A stretch of DNA of 43,962 nucleotides, from positions 1 through 43,962 of the forward strand of contig JBMTER010000001.1 in the NCBI GenBank assembly GCA_049433345.1. The letters run 5' to 3'. Made by a program: the position numbers and the translations under genes. Positions 1-13,605 of this stretch are shown here, in pieces (the stretch's first letter is position 1; each line of letters starts with the position of its first letter). This DNA comes from Gaiellales bacterium (lineage in GTDB: Bacteria; Actinomycetota; Thermoleophilia; Gaiellales; F1-60-MAGs149). A model generated the notes under the pieces. That model saw nothing but the letters and a program-made list of their open reading frames with translations. It was not told the origin of the DNA and ran no database searches.

Positions 1-223
1 GGGCCACCGGCGGGGCGCCGGCCGCGGGCAGCTCGGTCAGGCGGACGACGACGCGTGCCGGTTCGCGGCCCACGCCCATCAGGCCGCGCTCCCCCTCGGA
101 CAGGACCTGCACGTCGACCTTGTCCTTGTCGAGACCGGGGTAACGGCGCTCGAGCTCGCGGATCGCGGACCAGCGGGCCTCGCCGACGGTCTCGCCGGTG
201 CCCTCGGCGGACGTGTCGTCCAT
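1..223 (-). CDS. jag: Jag/KhpB-type RNA-binding protein, N-terminal part (3' end lies beyond the window start)
   Basis: The minus-strand ATG at 221-223 overlaps the yidC stop (ATGA). My own translation of the reverse complement gives MDDTSAEGTGETVGEARWSAIRELERRYPGLDKDKVDVQVLSEGERGLMGVGREPARVVVRL. This resembles the N-terminus of Jag proteins that follow yidC. It is absent from the ORF track because it runs off the window. Confidence 0.7.
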   Translation of the reverse strand, partial: MDDTSAEGTGETVGEARWSAIRELERRYPGLDKDKVDVQVLSEGERGLMGVGREPARVVVRLTELPAAGAPPVA

Positions 224-1164
224 CACGTGCCGCCCGTGCCGCCGCCCTTCGGCGGCTTCGCCGGTCGCTTGCGGCGCTGGCCCTTGTCCCTCGGCGCGGG
301 CTTCGCCTCGCTCGGCTCGGCCACCGCATCACCCGCGGCCTCGGCCTTCGCCGCCTTCTCGGCCGCGCGATCCTTCTTCGCCTTGGGCATCGCGTTCGGC
401 GCGGCCGCCCGGCTGAACAGGCCGCCCTTCCTCGCACCCTTCGCCGGATCGGCCTTGGCCGACGGCGGCAACGGCGGGGGGAACCAGACGCGGATGACGG
501 CGGCCTGGCCGCAGGTCCAGAGGTTCGTGGTGATCCAGTAGATCAGGAGTCCGGCGGGGAAGACGGCTGCCCCGAACGGGGGATTGACGATGAAGTACGC
601 GAAGACGATCGGCAGGAACAGGAAGATGTACTTCTGCTTCGGGTCCATCGACGTCGGCATCAGCAGCGTCGAGCCCATCTGCGACACGACGTAGACGAGC
701 ATCAGGGGCCACAGCGTCGTCGCGGGCAGCGCCTCGAGGTTCATCGTGATGTCCGGGATCCAGCCCCCGAACATCGAGAGGTCGTCGCCGGCCACGACCT
801 CGTCGGCGATCTGGCTAAGCAGGACGTAGAGCGCGAAGAAGATCGGCAGCTGGACGAGGAGCGGCAGGCACGACCCGAACGGGTTGACCTTGTTCTCCTT
901 GTAGAACGCCATCATCTCCTCGTTGAGGCGCTGGCGGTCGCCCTTGTACTTCTGCTGGATCTTCTTGATCTCGGGCTGCAGCACCTGCATCGCGCGGAAC
1001 GACTGCTGCTGCTTGACGGTCAGCGGCAGCATCCCGATGCGCACGATCATGGTCAGCACCACGATCGACCAGGCCCAGGAGACGCCGAGCGTCTCGTGAA
1101 TCGCGACCAGCAGCCACTCGAGCGGCAGGACCAGCGGGTCGAGAAGGGAGTAGAGGGAGTCCAT
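223..1164 (-). CDS. yidC: membrane protein insertase YidC (short Gram-positive type)
   Basis: 313-aa ORF with the YidC/Oxa1 core (LPLTVKQQQSFRAMQVLQPEIKKIQQKYKGDRQRLNEEMMAFYKENKVNPFGSCLPLLVQLPIFFALY). It has multiple TM segments and a Lys/Arg-rich C-terminal tail. It occupies the conserved position in the rpmH-rnpA-yidD-yidC-jag cluster. Confidence 0.95.
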   Translation of the reverse strand: MDSLYSLLDPLVLPLEWLLVAIHETLGVSWAWSIVVLTMIVRIGMLPLTVKQQQSFRAMQVLQPEIKKIQQKYKGDRQRLNEEMMAFYKENKVNPFGSCLPLLVQLPIFFALYVLLSQIADEVVAGDDLSMFGGWIPDITMNLEALPATTLWPLMLVYVVSQMGSTLLMPTSMDPKQKYIFLFLPIVFAYFIVNPPFGAAVFPAGLLIYWITTNLWTCGQAAVIRVWFPPPLPPSAKADPAKGARKGGLFSRAAAPNAMPKAKKDRAAEKAAKAEAAGDAVAEPSEAKPAPRDKGQRRKRPAKPPKGGGTGGT

Positions 1165-1394
1165 CAGCGGGTACGTCGCACCGGGTCGACGCCGCCATCA
1201 TTCCACGGGTTGCAGCGGAGCACCCGCCATACGGCCAACACCGGACCGACGAGCGGACCCCGCAGGCGGACCGCGTCGATGGCGTAGCGCGAGCAGGTCG
1301 GCTCGAATCGGCAGTTGCGCGTCGCAGGGGCGCCGCCCGGCCAGAGCGGCCGCATGACGTGCGCGTAGAACCCGTGCAGGAGATCGCCGATCAC
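1164..1394 (-). CDS. yidD: membrane protein insertion efficiency factor YidD
   Basis: Last 76 codons of ORF 1164..1820. GTG at 1392-1394 overlaps the rnpA stop (GTGA), and the stop overlaps the yid[19 protein letters not shown] and RCNPW match the YidD signature. The upstream part of the long ORF is Arg/Ala-rich and overlaps rnpA out of frame. Confidence 0.88.
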   Translation of the reverse strand: MIGDLLHGFYAHVMRPLWPGGAPATRNCRFEPTCSRYAIDAVRLRGPLVGPVLAVWRVLRCNPWNDGGVDPVRRTR

Positions 1395-1750
1395 GCCGCT
1401 GCCTGCGCGCTCTGCCCGACGAGCTCGGCGATCTCGGCGACGAGCCAGTCGAAGCCCTGCTGCTCGACGGCCGCGTCGAGACCCGGTCGGGCCACAAGCA
1501 CGACGTCCATCCCGACGGGCGGCTCCGGGAGCGCGGCGTACGCCTCCCGCAGCTGCCGCTTCAGGCGATTGCGGACGACAGCCCCGCCGACCTTGCGCGA
1601 GACGGCGACGCCGAGACGCGCCTCCTCCGCCTCGTTCGGAAAGGCGTAGGCGACGAGGTGCCGATTCGATGCGGAGCGGCCCCGACGGTAGACGGTGTCG
1701 AACTCCGCGGAGCGCGTCAGCCGGCCACGTCCCTGTGCGCCGCTCGGCAC
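1391..1750 (-). CDS. rnpA: ribonuclease P protein component
   Basis: 119-aa ORF with the basic RNase P protein motif [21 protein letters not shown]. It sits immediately downstream of rpmH. Confidence 0.92.
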   Translation of the reverse strand: MPSGAQGRGRLTRSAEFDTVYRRGRSASNRHLVAYAFPNEAEEARLGVAVSRKVGGAVVRNRLKRQLREAYAALPEPPVGMDVVLVARPGLDAAVEQQGFDWLVAEIAELVGQSAQAAA

Positions 1751-1758
1751 GGACGTCC

Positions 1759-1893
1759 TCAGGCCGACAGGCGCTTGCGGCCGCGGGCGCGGCGGCGGCG
1801 GATGACGGCCTGCCCCGCACGATTCGACATGCGCTTGCGGAAGCCGTGGGTCTTGGCGCGCTTGCGGACGTTGGGCTGGTAGGTGCGCTTCAT
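1759..1893 (-). CDS. rpmH: 50S ribosomal protein L34
   Basis: ATG at 1891-1893 within ORF 1759..2115. The 44-aa product [44 protein letters not shown] is a canonical L34. Confidence 0.97.
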   Translation of the reverse strand: MKRTYQPNVRKRAKTHGFRKRMSNRAGQAVIRRRRARGRKRLSA

Positions 1894-1990
1894 CTCGAAT
1901 CCGGTCCTGCGGGAGCGCGAAGCATACCGGTGGGGCCGCGCCCCGCCAAACCGGAACCGACGCGCGCGGACGATTCCGCCCCGCCCTGCG

Positions 1991-2022
1991 TTATCCACAG
2001 CCGGGGACAAGTCTGGGGACAG
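1991..2022. promoter_or_regulatory. DnaA-box cluster in the rpmH-dnaA divergent intergenic region
   Basis: A perfect consensus DnaA box TTATCCACA lies at 1991-1999. Two box-like 9-mers lie on the opposite strand: 2002-2010 (reverse complement TTGTCCCCG) and 2014-2022 (reverse complement CTGTCCCCA). The cluster is about 100-130 bp upstream of the dnaA ATG. Confidence 0.6.
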
Positions 2023-2120
2023 TGCTGTGGGCGACTCGTTTTTCCCGCAAACAGCGGAATTCCCCAGGTGCGGCGGCCTACCCAGCGGCCGCGTGTCGCT
2101 GCTACCGTCGCGCACTCGAT

Positions 2121-3497
2121 ATGACGCGACCGGCTCCCTCCGCTCCGGCCAGCGATCTCTGGAGTGCGGTCTCGCATGAGCTCCAGCAGACGCTCGCCCC
2201 CTCCACGTACAGCGCCTGGTTCGGACGCGCGGAGCCCGTGCTGCTGGCCGGCGATCGGCTCGAGGTCGCGGTTCCGAACGACTTCGTGCGCGGCTGGATC
2301 TCCGGGCACTTCATGGACCTCGTGGTCGCCGCCGCGACGACGGCGCACGGGGCTCCCGTCGAGGTGGCGCTCGTCCTCGGGGCGGAGGGCCCCGAGGCGG
2401 CGCCCGACGATCCGCCCGCGATGCCGGTCGCGGCACCCGTGGCGGCCGTGGCGGCCGAGCCGGAGCGCCCGGTCAACCTGAACCGCAACGCGACGTTCGA
2501 CTCCTTCGTCATCGGTCCCTCGAATCGCTTCGCGCATGCCGCCGCCCTCGCCGTGGCGGAGGCGCCGAGCCAGGCCTACAACCCGCTCGTCATCCACGGC
2601 GCGACGGGGCTCGGCAAGACGCATCTGCTGCAGGCGATCGCGCACTACGTGACCGTCTCGAACCCGCGCCTGCGGACGTGCTACGCGACCTGCGAGTCGT
2701 TCACCAACGACTTCATCGAGGCTCTCCGCGAGAAGCGCATCGAGCAGTTCAAGAACCGCTATCGCGGGTACGACGTGCTGCTGATCGACGACATCCAGTT
2801 CCTGTCGGGACGCGAGGGCATCCAGGAGGAGTTCTTCCACACCTTCAACGCGCTGCACGAGGGCGGCAGCCAGATCGTGCTCTCCTCGGATCGGCCCCCG
2901 AAGGAGATCGCTCGGCTGGAGGACCGCCTGCGCTCCCGATTCGAATGGGGCCTGATCACGGACGTCCAGACGCCCGACCTGGAGACGCGCATCGCGATCC
3001 TGCGCAAGAAGGTCGCCCGGGACGGCGTGGTGATCGACGACGTGGAGGTGCTCGCGCAGATCGCGATGCGGGTGCAGACCAACATCCGCGAACTCGAGGG
3101 GGCGCTGACCCGCAGCGTCGCCTTCGCCACGCTCAACGACGAGCCGTTGACGGTCGAGCTCGTCCGCGACGTGCTCAGCAGCCAGTATCCGGAGGATGCG
3201 CGTCCGGTCACCGTGGAGGGCGTGCAGCGGGTCGTCGCGGAGTACTTCTCGCTGACGGTCGAGGATCTCCGCTCGGAGCGGCGGACGCAGACGGTGGTCT
3301 TCCCGCGCCAGGTCGCGATGTACCTGTCCCGCGAGCTGACGGATCTGTCGCTTCCCCGTATCGGGCGGATGTTCGGCGGACGCGATCACACGACGATCCA
3401 CTACGGGCACGACAAGATCGCCCGGCGCATGAAGGAGGATCGTTCGTTGTACAACCTGATCCAGGAGTTGACGTCGACGATCAGGCGGCTCGGATGA
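2121..3497 (+). CDS. dnaA: chromosomal replication initiator protein DnaA
   Basis: ORF 2022..3497. I prefer ATG 2121 ([17 protein letters not shown]...) as the start. It has the AAA+ Walker [12 protein letters not shown], Walker B LLIDDIQF, and a C-terminal DNA-binding domain ([37 protein letters not shown]). Confidence 0.95.
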   Translation: MTRPAPSAPASDLWSAVSHELQQTLAPSTYSAWFGRAEPVLLAGDRLEVAVPNDFVRGWISGHFMDLVVAAATTAHGAPVEVALVLGAEGPEAAPDDPPAMPVAAPVAAVAAEPERPVNLNRNATFDSFVIGPSNRFAHAAALAVAEAPSQAYNPLVIHGATGLGKTHLLQAIAHYVTVSNPRLRTCYATCESFTNDFIEALREKRIEQFKNRYRGYDVLLIDDIQFLSGREGIQEEFFHTFNALHEGGSQIVLSSDRPPKEIARLEDRLRSRFEWGLITDVQTPDLETRIAILRKKVARDGVVIDDVEVLAQIAMRVQTNIRELEGALTRSVAFATLNDEPLTVELVRDVLSSQYPEDARPVTVEGVQRVVAEYFSLTVEDLRSERRTQTVVFPRQVAMYLSRELTDLSLPRIGRMFGGRDHTTIHYGHDKIARRMKEDRSLYNLIQELTSTIRRLG

Positions 3498-3507
3498 GCC
3501 GCTCGGC

Positions 3508-3704
3508 TGGGGATGGCGCGGTGGATCGGGTTGGGGATCAAGGGGCACGACCGTGCTCCGCATCCCCCGCCCGTGGGACGCGCCGATGGCGTCGCCGCGC
3601 AGCCGGGGACGCCATGCCCCGGGATCCCCACGCCATCCCCAGGCGATCCACCCGTCGAGAAGGCTCGTGGAGCCGAAACCCGACATTCGTCCCCGTCCTC
3701 CACA
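3508..3704. promoter_or_regulatory. candidate oriC: dense array of DnaA-box-like 9-mers between dnaA and dnaN
   Basis: Bottom-strand boxes: CCATCCCCA (3508-3516), CGATCCACC (3520-3528), TGATCCCCA (3532-3540). Top-strand boxes: GCATCCCCC (3560-3568), GGATCCCCA (3622-3630), CCATCCCCA (3633-3641), CGATCCACC (3644-3652), TCCTCCACA (3696-3704). The core ATCC(A/C)C(A/C) matches positions 3-9 of TTATCCACA. Actinobacterial oriC is classically located between dnaA and dnaN. Confidence 0.65.
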
Positions 3705-3765
3705 GGCCCTATGGTGATGACTATCTCAAAGAGCCTCTAACCACTTCAACCACCATGGGAATCGC
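3705..3765. other. AT-richer segment, candidate DNA-unwinding element (also the dnaN leader)
   Basis: ggccctatggtgatgactatctcaaagagcctctaaccacttcaaccaccatgggaatcgc. By hand count it is roughly half G+C, in a window that is otherwise far more G+C-rich. It directly follows the last DnaA-box-like site. Confidence 0.4.
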
Positions 3766-4866
3766 ATGAGGATCCGCTGCACCCGAGAGCATCTCGCCGA
3801 GCGCCTGGCGCAGGCGGCGCGTGCCGCGTCGACGCGGGCGAACCTCCAGAGCGCCGCGCACGTCCGCCTTGACGCGAGCTCGGGCGAGGCGCCCGCCCAG
3901 CTCATCGCTACCGATCTCGAGATGACCCTACGCGTTCCCCTCGACGTCGAGGTCGAGGAGCCCGGAAGCGTGCTCCTCCCCGCGAAGATCGCACCCGAGC
4001 TCGTGCGGGCGCTGGCCGGGGAGCAGATCGAGCTCGCCACCGGCGATGGCGGCGTGGTCGTGTCGGCGGGCTCCTCGACGTACACCCTCTTCGGGCTGCC
4101 CGTCGACGAGTTCCCGCAGGTGCCGGAGGTCGATCACGAGCGTGCGTTCGAGACCGATGCCGCGGTCTTCGCGGAGACCGTGGCGCGGATCAAGCGGGCG
4201 GCGAGTCGGGACGAGAGCCGCCCGGTCCTGACCGGTGCCCTCGTGCGCTTCGAGGCGGAGCGCCTTGTCATGGCCGCCACCGACTCCTATCGCCTGGCGG
4301 TCTCCGAGGCCCCCCTGGCGAGCGCGCCGCCCGAACCCCTCGAGGCGATCATCCCCGTACGCGCGCTCGAGGAGGCGGTTCGCATCGCCGCCGACGACGG
4401 TGGCGCGCTGACGGTCTCGATCGGCGAGGGGCTGGTCAGCTTCGGCGCCGGCGGTGTCTGGCTGAGCGCCCGTCGGATCGAGGGGCAGTTCCCGAACTTC
4501 TCGGCCCTGCGCCCCGAGGGGATCGACCATCACGTCACGATCGCCAAGGACGAGCTCCTGGAGAACGTCCGCCGTGTCGGCATCGTCGCCCGGCAGAACA
4601 CCCCGGTGCGGGTCGAGTTGGCGCCCGGGCAGCTGAGCCTCTCCGCCCGCACCGCGGATGTCGCCGAGGGCGCGGAGACGATCCCCGTCGGCTACGACGG
4701 CACGGAGACCGTGGAGATCGGCTTCAACCACGAGTTCCTCCGCGACGGCATCGAGAGCGTGCCCGGCGACGAGGTCCGGCTCGGGCTGATCTCGTCACTG
4801 CGCCCGGCGCTGCTCGAGAGCGTCGACGGCACGTTCTGGTACGTCATCATGCCGATCCGGCTCTAG
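3766..4866 (+). CDS. dnaN: DNA polymerase III beta sliding clamp
   Basis: 366-aa ORF in the conserved position after dnaA. It has clamp-like sequence throughout (ATDLEMTLRVPLDV..., RPVLTGALVRFE..., ATDSYRLAV..., RIEGQFPNF..., FNHEFLRDGIES..., YVIMPIRL at the C-terminus). Confidence 0.95.
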   Translation: MRIRCTREHLAERLAQAARAASTRANLQSAAHVRLDASSGEAPAQLIATDLEMTLRVPLDVEVEEPGSVLLPAKIAPELVRALAGEQIELATGDGGVVVSAGSSTYTLFGLPVDEFPQVPEVDHERAFETDAAVFAETVARIKRAASRDESRPVLTGALVRFEAERLVMAATDSYRLAVSEAPLASAPPEPLEAIIPVRALEEAVRIAADDGGALTVSIGEGLVSFGAGGVWLSARRIEGQFPNFSALRPEGIDHHVTIAKDELLENVRRVGIVARQNTPVRVELAPGQLSLSARTADVAEGAETIPVGYDGTETVEIGFNHEFLRDGIESVPGDEVRLGLISSLRPALLESVDGTFWYVIMPIRL

Positions 4867-4868
4867 CG

Positions 4869-5924
4869 ATGCGCATCGAGCGGTTGCGGCTGGCGGATGT
4901 CCGCTGCCATGCCGCGGCGGAGCTCGCGCCGGCCGGCGGCGTCACCGCGATCGTCGGACCGAATGGATCGGGCAAGACCTCGCTGCTCGAGGCCCTCCAC
5001 CTCGGCCTGCGCGGAACCGGCCTACGGCCCGCCGGCGACGCCCGCATGGTCCGCGACGGCGCCGCGCGCCTCGGCGTCCGCGTCGAGGGCGAGGCGGGTG
5101 GTGCGGCGAGCATCACGCGGATCGACCTCGCACCCGGCGGTCGGCGCATCGAACTCGACGGCGTCGAGGTCGACGCCCGCACGCTGCGCGAACGCTGGGC
5201 GGCGGTCGTCTTCATCCCGGACCTGCTTGACCTCGTCAAGCGCGGGCCCGTGGTGCGCCGGCTGGCGTTGGATCGCGCGATCGAGCTCGCCTGGCCGCGC
5301 TTCGAGGAGCACGAGCGGGCCTATCGGCACGCCGTCGAGCAGCGGAACGCCGTCCTGCGCCGGGTCCGCCGGGGCGGCACTCCCGCCGAGCTCGACCCCT
5401 GGGACGAGCAGGTCGCCGAGCACGGTGCGGTAGTGGTCGAGGCCCGCGATCGCCTCGTCACCCGTCTCGCCCCGCTGTTCGCCGACCGCGCGGCGGCCCT
5501 CGGCGGCGACCGACCCGCCTCCCTCGCGTACCGGGCATCGATCGCCGGCGACCCGGCGGCGCTGAGGTCCGCGCTCGAGGCCGGCCGCGCGCGCGACATC
5601 GAGCGGCAGACCACGGGCTGCGGTCCGCACCTCGACGACCTCGAGGTGGCGCTCGACGGGCGCGACGCCCGCCGCAGCGCCTCCCAGGGCGAGCAGCGGA
5701 CCCTCGTCCTGGCCTTCCTGCTGGCGCAGGCCGCCCTGGTCGGGGAGGCCCGTGATGAGCGTCCCATCCTGCTCCTCGACGACGTCCTCTCGGAACTCGA
5801 CCGCGACCGACGCGCACGCCTCGTCGAGCTGGCACGCACGCATGGGCAGACGCTGCTGACCGCGACCGGCGCGGATGGGGTCGACGCGCTCGCCGATGCG
5901 GTGCACGCGCTGGGGACGGCCTGA
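4869..5924 (+). CDS. recF: DNA replication/repair protein RecF
   Basis: 351-aa ORF with N-terminal Walker A GPNGSGKTSLLEAL, signature-like SQGEQRTLVLAFLLA and Walker B ILLLDDVLSELD. It follows the dnaA-dnaN-recF order. Confidence 0.93.
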   Translation: MRIERLRLADVRCHAAAELAPAGGVTAIVGPNGSGKTSLLEALHLGLRGTGLRPAGDARMVRDGAARLGVRVEGEAGGAASITRIDLAPGGRRIELDGVEVDARTLRERWAAVVFIPDLLDLVKRGPVVRRLALDRAIELAWPRFEEHERAYRHAVEQRNAVLRRVRRGGTPAELDPWDEQVAEHGAVVVEARDRLVTRLAPLFADRAAALGGDRPASLAYRASIAGDPAALRSALEAGRARDIERQTTGCGPHLDDLEVALDGRDARRSASQGEQRTLVLAFLLAQAALVGEARDERPILLLDDVLSELDRDRRARLVELARTHGQTLLTATGADGVDALADAVHALGTA

Positions 5925-6397
5925 TGCGACGCCGCCGACCGGGGGACGCGATGCGGATGCCGCAGCAGCTCGCGGCGGATATCGGGTCCGCGGCCGGTCC
6001 GGACCTCGGGCCGCTGCGTCGGGTGGCGGCCGTCTGGTCGGAGGCGGTCGGCGAGCAGCTGGCCCGCGTCGCCCGGCCCGCGCGGCTGACGCGGAGCGGA
6101 GCGCTGGTGGTGCATGCGGCCGACGCCAGTTGGATGCACGCCATCGCCCTCGAGGAGCGTCGGATCCTGCGTCGCCTCGGAGAGGCCCTCGGGGGGGATG
6201 GGCCGACGTCCCTCATGGTGGAGGTCGGGGACGTTGCGCCCCCGGTGGAGCCGGTCGCCGAAGCCTCCCCGGAGCCCCCGGGGGAGGAGGCCCGGCGGCG
6301 GGCCGTGGAGTTGACCGCGGACGTCGCCGACCCGCGACTGCGAGCGGCGCTCGAGCGGCTTGTCGCGCACTCCCTCCAACGCCGGAAAACGCCGTAG
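5924..6397 (+). CDS. DUF721 / DciA-like protein (recF-gyrB spacer gene)
   Basis: 157-aa ORF. Its ATG overlaps the recF stop by 1 nt (TGATG). The segment VWSEAVGEQLARVARPARLTRSGALVVHAADASWMHAIALEERRILRRL is typical of DUF721 proteins encoded between recF and gyrB in Actinobacteria. The true start may be one of the downstream Met codons. Confidence 0.72.
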   Translation: MRRRRPGDAMRMPQQLAADIGSAAGPDLGPLRRVAAVWSEAVGEQLARVARPARLTRSGALVVHAADASWMHAIALEERRILRRLGEALGGDGPTSLMVEVGDVAPPVEPVAEASPEPPGEEARRRAVELTADVADPRLRAALERLVAHSLQRRKTP

Positions 6398-6400
6398 TAA

Positions 6401-11474
<5,074 letters not shown>

Positions 11475-11506
11475 GCGTCCGGGTGGCGGCCCGGTACCGT
11501 GAGCGC

Positions 11507-11905
11507 ATGACCCGCCTGATCGTCCTCATCCTGCTCCTGCCGCTCTCCCTGGTCGTCGCCGCGTGCGGCGGCACCGAGGAGACCCCGCGAGGCGACGTGC
11601 CGATCTACACGGACGCCGGCACGGAGATCCCCGTCACGTCTGGCGGCCGCTTCGCGATCGAGCTCCAGGCCAACCCGTCGACCGGCTACCGCTGGGAGGT
11701 CCAGCTGCCGGCGGGCGTGGTGCAGGAGTCGGAGGAGACGGTGGAGCCGATGGGCCAGACCGATGAGGCGGTCGGGGTGCCCGTGATGCAGCGCTGGACG
11801 TTCCGCGTCGACGAGGCGCAGGACGGCGTGCTCGTGTTCGCGAACATCCCGCCGGGGTCCGACACCGCCGAGCAGACGCTCGAGTTCGACCTCGTGGCCG
11901 GCTAG
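11507..11905 (+). CDS. chagasin-family (I42) cysteine-peptidase inhibitor, predicted lipoprotein
   Basis: ATG 11507 lies within ORF 11483..11905. It has a signal peptide with lipobox LVVAAC. The hallmark chagasin/ICP motif NPSTGYRW is followed by the WTF motif region (QRWTFRV). Confidence 0.7.
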   Translation: MTRLIVLILLLPLSLVVAACGGTEETPRGDVPIYTDAGTEIPVTSGGRFAIELQANPSTGYRWEVQLPAGVVQESEETVEPMGQTDEAVGVPVMQRWTFRVDEAQDGVLVFANIPPGSDTAEQTLEFDLVAG

Positions 11906-12765
11906 GCGCCGCTGTCGCCGGCGTCGGCGGGCGGCGTCGGCGTCATCACACGCGGCCGCCGCGCGAGCGCGTCGGCGAGGTCGGCCTCGGCCCTGCCCTC
12001 GCGCGCGAGGAAGGCGCCCAGCTCCTGGATGGTGCTCATCAGGGGCGACGGGAAGATCACGGTCGAGTTCTGGTCGACGGAGATCTCCACCAGCGTCTGC
12101 AGGTTGCGCAGCTGCAGCGCGAGGGGATGCTCCAGCATGACGTCGGCCGCGGCCGCGAGCTCGCCGGCGGCGAGGCGCTCGCCCTCGGCGGCGATGATCT
12201 TGGCGCGCTTCTCGCGCTCGGCCTCGGCCTCGCGGGCCATGGCCCGCTTCATCGAGTCCGGCAGCTGGATGTCCTTCAGCTCGACGAGCGTGATCTCGAC
12301 GCCCCAGCCATCCGTCTGCTGGTCGAGGATCACCCGGATGTCGCGGTTCAGGCGGTCCGTCTCCGACAGCGTCTGATCCAGCGAGTGCTTGCCGACGACC
12401 GCGCGCAGGGTGGTCTGCGCGATCTGCTCGATGGCGGCGTTGTAGTCCTCGATCGCGATGATCGCCTTGATGGCGTCCACGACGCGGTAGTAGGCGACGG
12501 CGGAGACGTCGACGGAGACGTTGTCACGGGTGATGATGCCCTGGCCCTGGATCGGTAGGGTCACGATCCGCATCGGCACCTTCACCATCCGGTCGACGAT
12601 CGGGATGATCACGGTCAGCCCCGGCGGGAACTCCTCGTCGCGGACCCGGCCGAGCCGGAAGCGGACGCCGCGCTCGTACTGGTCGATGACCTTGATGGCG
12701 GCGAGGGCGAGGAGCAGCACGACGACGGCGATCGCGGCGACCGTGATGAAGAGGTTCACACTCAT
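11902..12765 (-). CDS. SPFH/Band 7 (stomatin/prohibitin-like) membrane protein
   Basis: 287-aa ORF with an N-terminal TM helix. The SPFH core is IKVIDQYERGVRFRLGR...IITRDNVSVDVSAVAYYRVVD...LKDIQLPDSMKRAMAREAEAEREKRAKIIAAEGE. A strong GGGGGAGG Shine-Dalgarno lies upstream. Confidence 0.9.
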   Translation of the reverse strand: MSVNLFITVAAIAVVVLLLALAAIKVIDQYERGVRFRLGRVRDEEFPPGLTVIIPIVDRMVKVPMRIVTLPIQGQGIITRDNVSVDVSAVAYYRVVDAIKAIIAIEDYNAAIEQIAQTTLRAVVGKHSLDQTLSETDRLNRDIRVILDQQTDGWGVEITLVELKDIQLPDSMKRAMAREAEAEREKRAKIIAAEGERLAAGELAAAADVMLEHPLALQLRNLQTLVEISVDQNSTVIFPSPLMSTIQELGAFLAREGRAEADLADALARRPRVMTPTPPADAGDSGA

Positions 12766-12803
12766 GCCTCCCCCTTCGCGGACGCGGTCCGCGTGGCCCA
12801 GCG

Positions 12804-13547
12804 TCAGTCGATGACGCGCTCCACCTCGCCTGCCGCGTAGGCCGTGTCGCCGATGAGCAGCCGCCCCTCGTCATCGACCCCGCCGGCGACGCCGGACACG
12901 ACGCGATCGCCGAGTCGCAGCTCGAGCGTGCAGCCGCGCAACCGGTCACGGCGATCGAAGCGCGCGCGGAACGGCGCGAAGCCGTCCGCGGCGAAGCCGG
13001 CGAGCGCGTCGTCGAGGGCGACGACCAGCCGCTCGAGCAGCGCCACGCGGTCGACCGGGGCGCCGCCCTCGACGAGCAGCGAGGTGGCGGGAAGGCGATC
13101 GGTGGGCGGCAGCTGGGTGGCGGTCAGGTTGGCGTTGATCCCGACGCCGATGACCGCGAACGGCGGACCCGCCGGCGGGGTCACGAGTTCGACGAGGATG
13201 CCGCCGACCTTGCCGGCGCCGAGCACGAGGTCGTTCGGCCAGCGCAGGCCGACCTCGAGGGGCAGCGCGTCGGCGAGCGCGACGCCGACCACGAGTGGCA
13301 GGGGCCCGAGCGCGGCCGGCGCCAGGGTCGGGCGGGCGAGGTAGGAGAACATCACCGCGGTGCCCGGCGGGTCGGACCATGTGCGTCCTCGCCGCCCGCG
13401 GCCGGCCGTCTGGTGGTCCGTCACGCAGACCGTGCCGGCGGGGGCGCCGGCGAGGCCCTCCTCGCGCACGACGTCCTGTGTCGACGGGCAGGTGGCACGC
13501 GTGATGACGTTGCGGCCCCGGCCGCGTTGCGGGTCCTCCGCGTCCAC
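12804..13547 (-). CDS. birA: biotin--[acetyl-CoA-carboxylase] ligase, class I (no N-terminal HTH)
   Basis: C-terminal 247 codons of the artefactually long ORF 12804..14927, with a putative GTG start at 13545-13547. It has the biotin-binding loop HQTAGRGRRGRTW, then RWPNDL and KVGGILVE. The start position is uncertain. Confidence 0.82.
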   Translation of the reverse strand: MDAEDPQRGRGRNVITRATCPSTQDVVREEGLAGAPAGTVCVTDHQTAGRGRRGRTWSDPPGTAVMFSYLARPTLAPAALGPLPLVVGVALADALPLEVGLRWPNDLVLGAGKVGGILVELVTPPAGPPFAVIGVGINANLTATQLPPTDRLPATSLLVEGGAPVDRVALLERLVVALDDALAGFAADGFAPFRARFDRRDRLRGCTLELRLGDRVVSGVAGGVDDEGRLLIGDTAYAAGEVERVID

Positions 13548-13605
13548 GCGGCTACGATACCCGCGTGGACCGCGAACCCCGCCGTCGCCCGCCTGGGAGG
13601 GCCCG

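Noticed and set aside
55-1287. 410-aa plus-strand ORF opposite yidC/jag
   Set aside because: It is antisense to yidC. It is extremely Arg/Pro-rich with no TM or domain signal, whereas the yidC frame has textbook motifs.
2022-2120. 33-codon N-terminal extension of dnaA from the ORF-track start
   Set aside because: The extension ([33 protein letters not shown]) is basic, low-complexity and unlike DnaA domain I. It would also place the start inside the box-containing promoter region. ATG 2121 gives a normal DnaA N-terminus.
1890-3686. 598-aa minus-strand ORF covering the dnaA region
   Set aside because: It is antisense to dnaA and has low-complexity Arg/Asp/Leu-rich composition with no family resemblance. 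It would also read through the DnaA-box spacers.
3709-3732. Possible DnaA-trio-like 3-nt periodicity (tAt gGt gAt gAc tAt cTc aAa gAg) right after the last DnaA box and a GC cluster
   Set aside because: Six of eight triplets have a central A, which is suggestive. However, 24 nt is too short to separate from chance or from simple AT-richness, and I am not certain of the required strand and orientation.
12777-12791. Small hairpin GCGGAC-gcg-GTCCGC between birA and the SPFH gene
   Set aside because: It has a 6-bp stem with a 3-nt loop and no U-tract, in a 38-bp spacer that also carries the SPFH ribosome-binding site. It is too weak to call a terminator.
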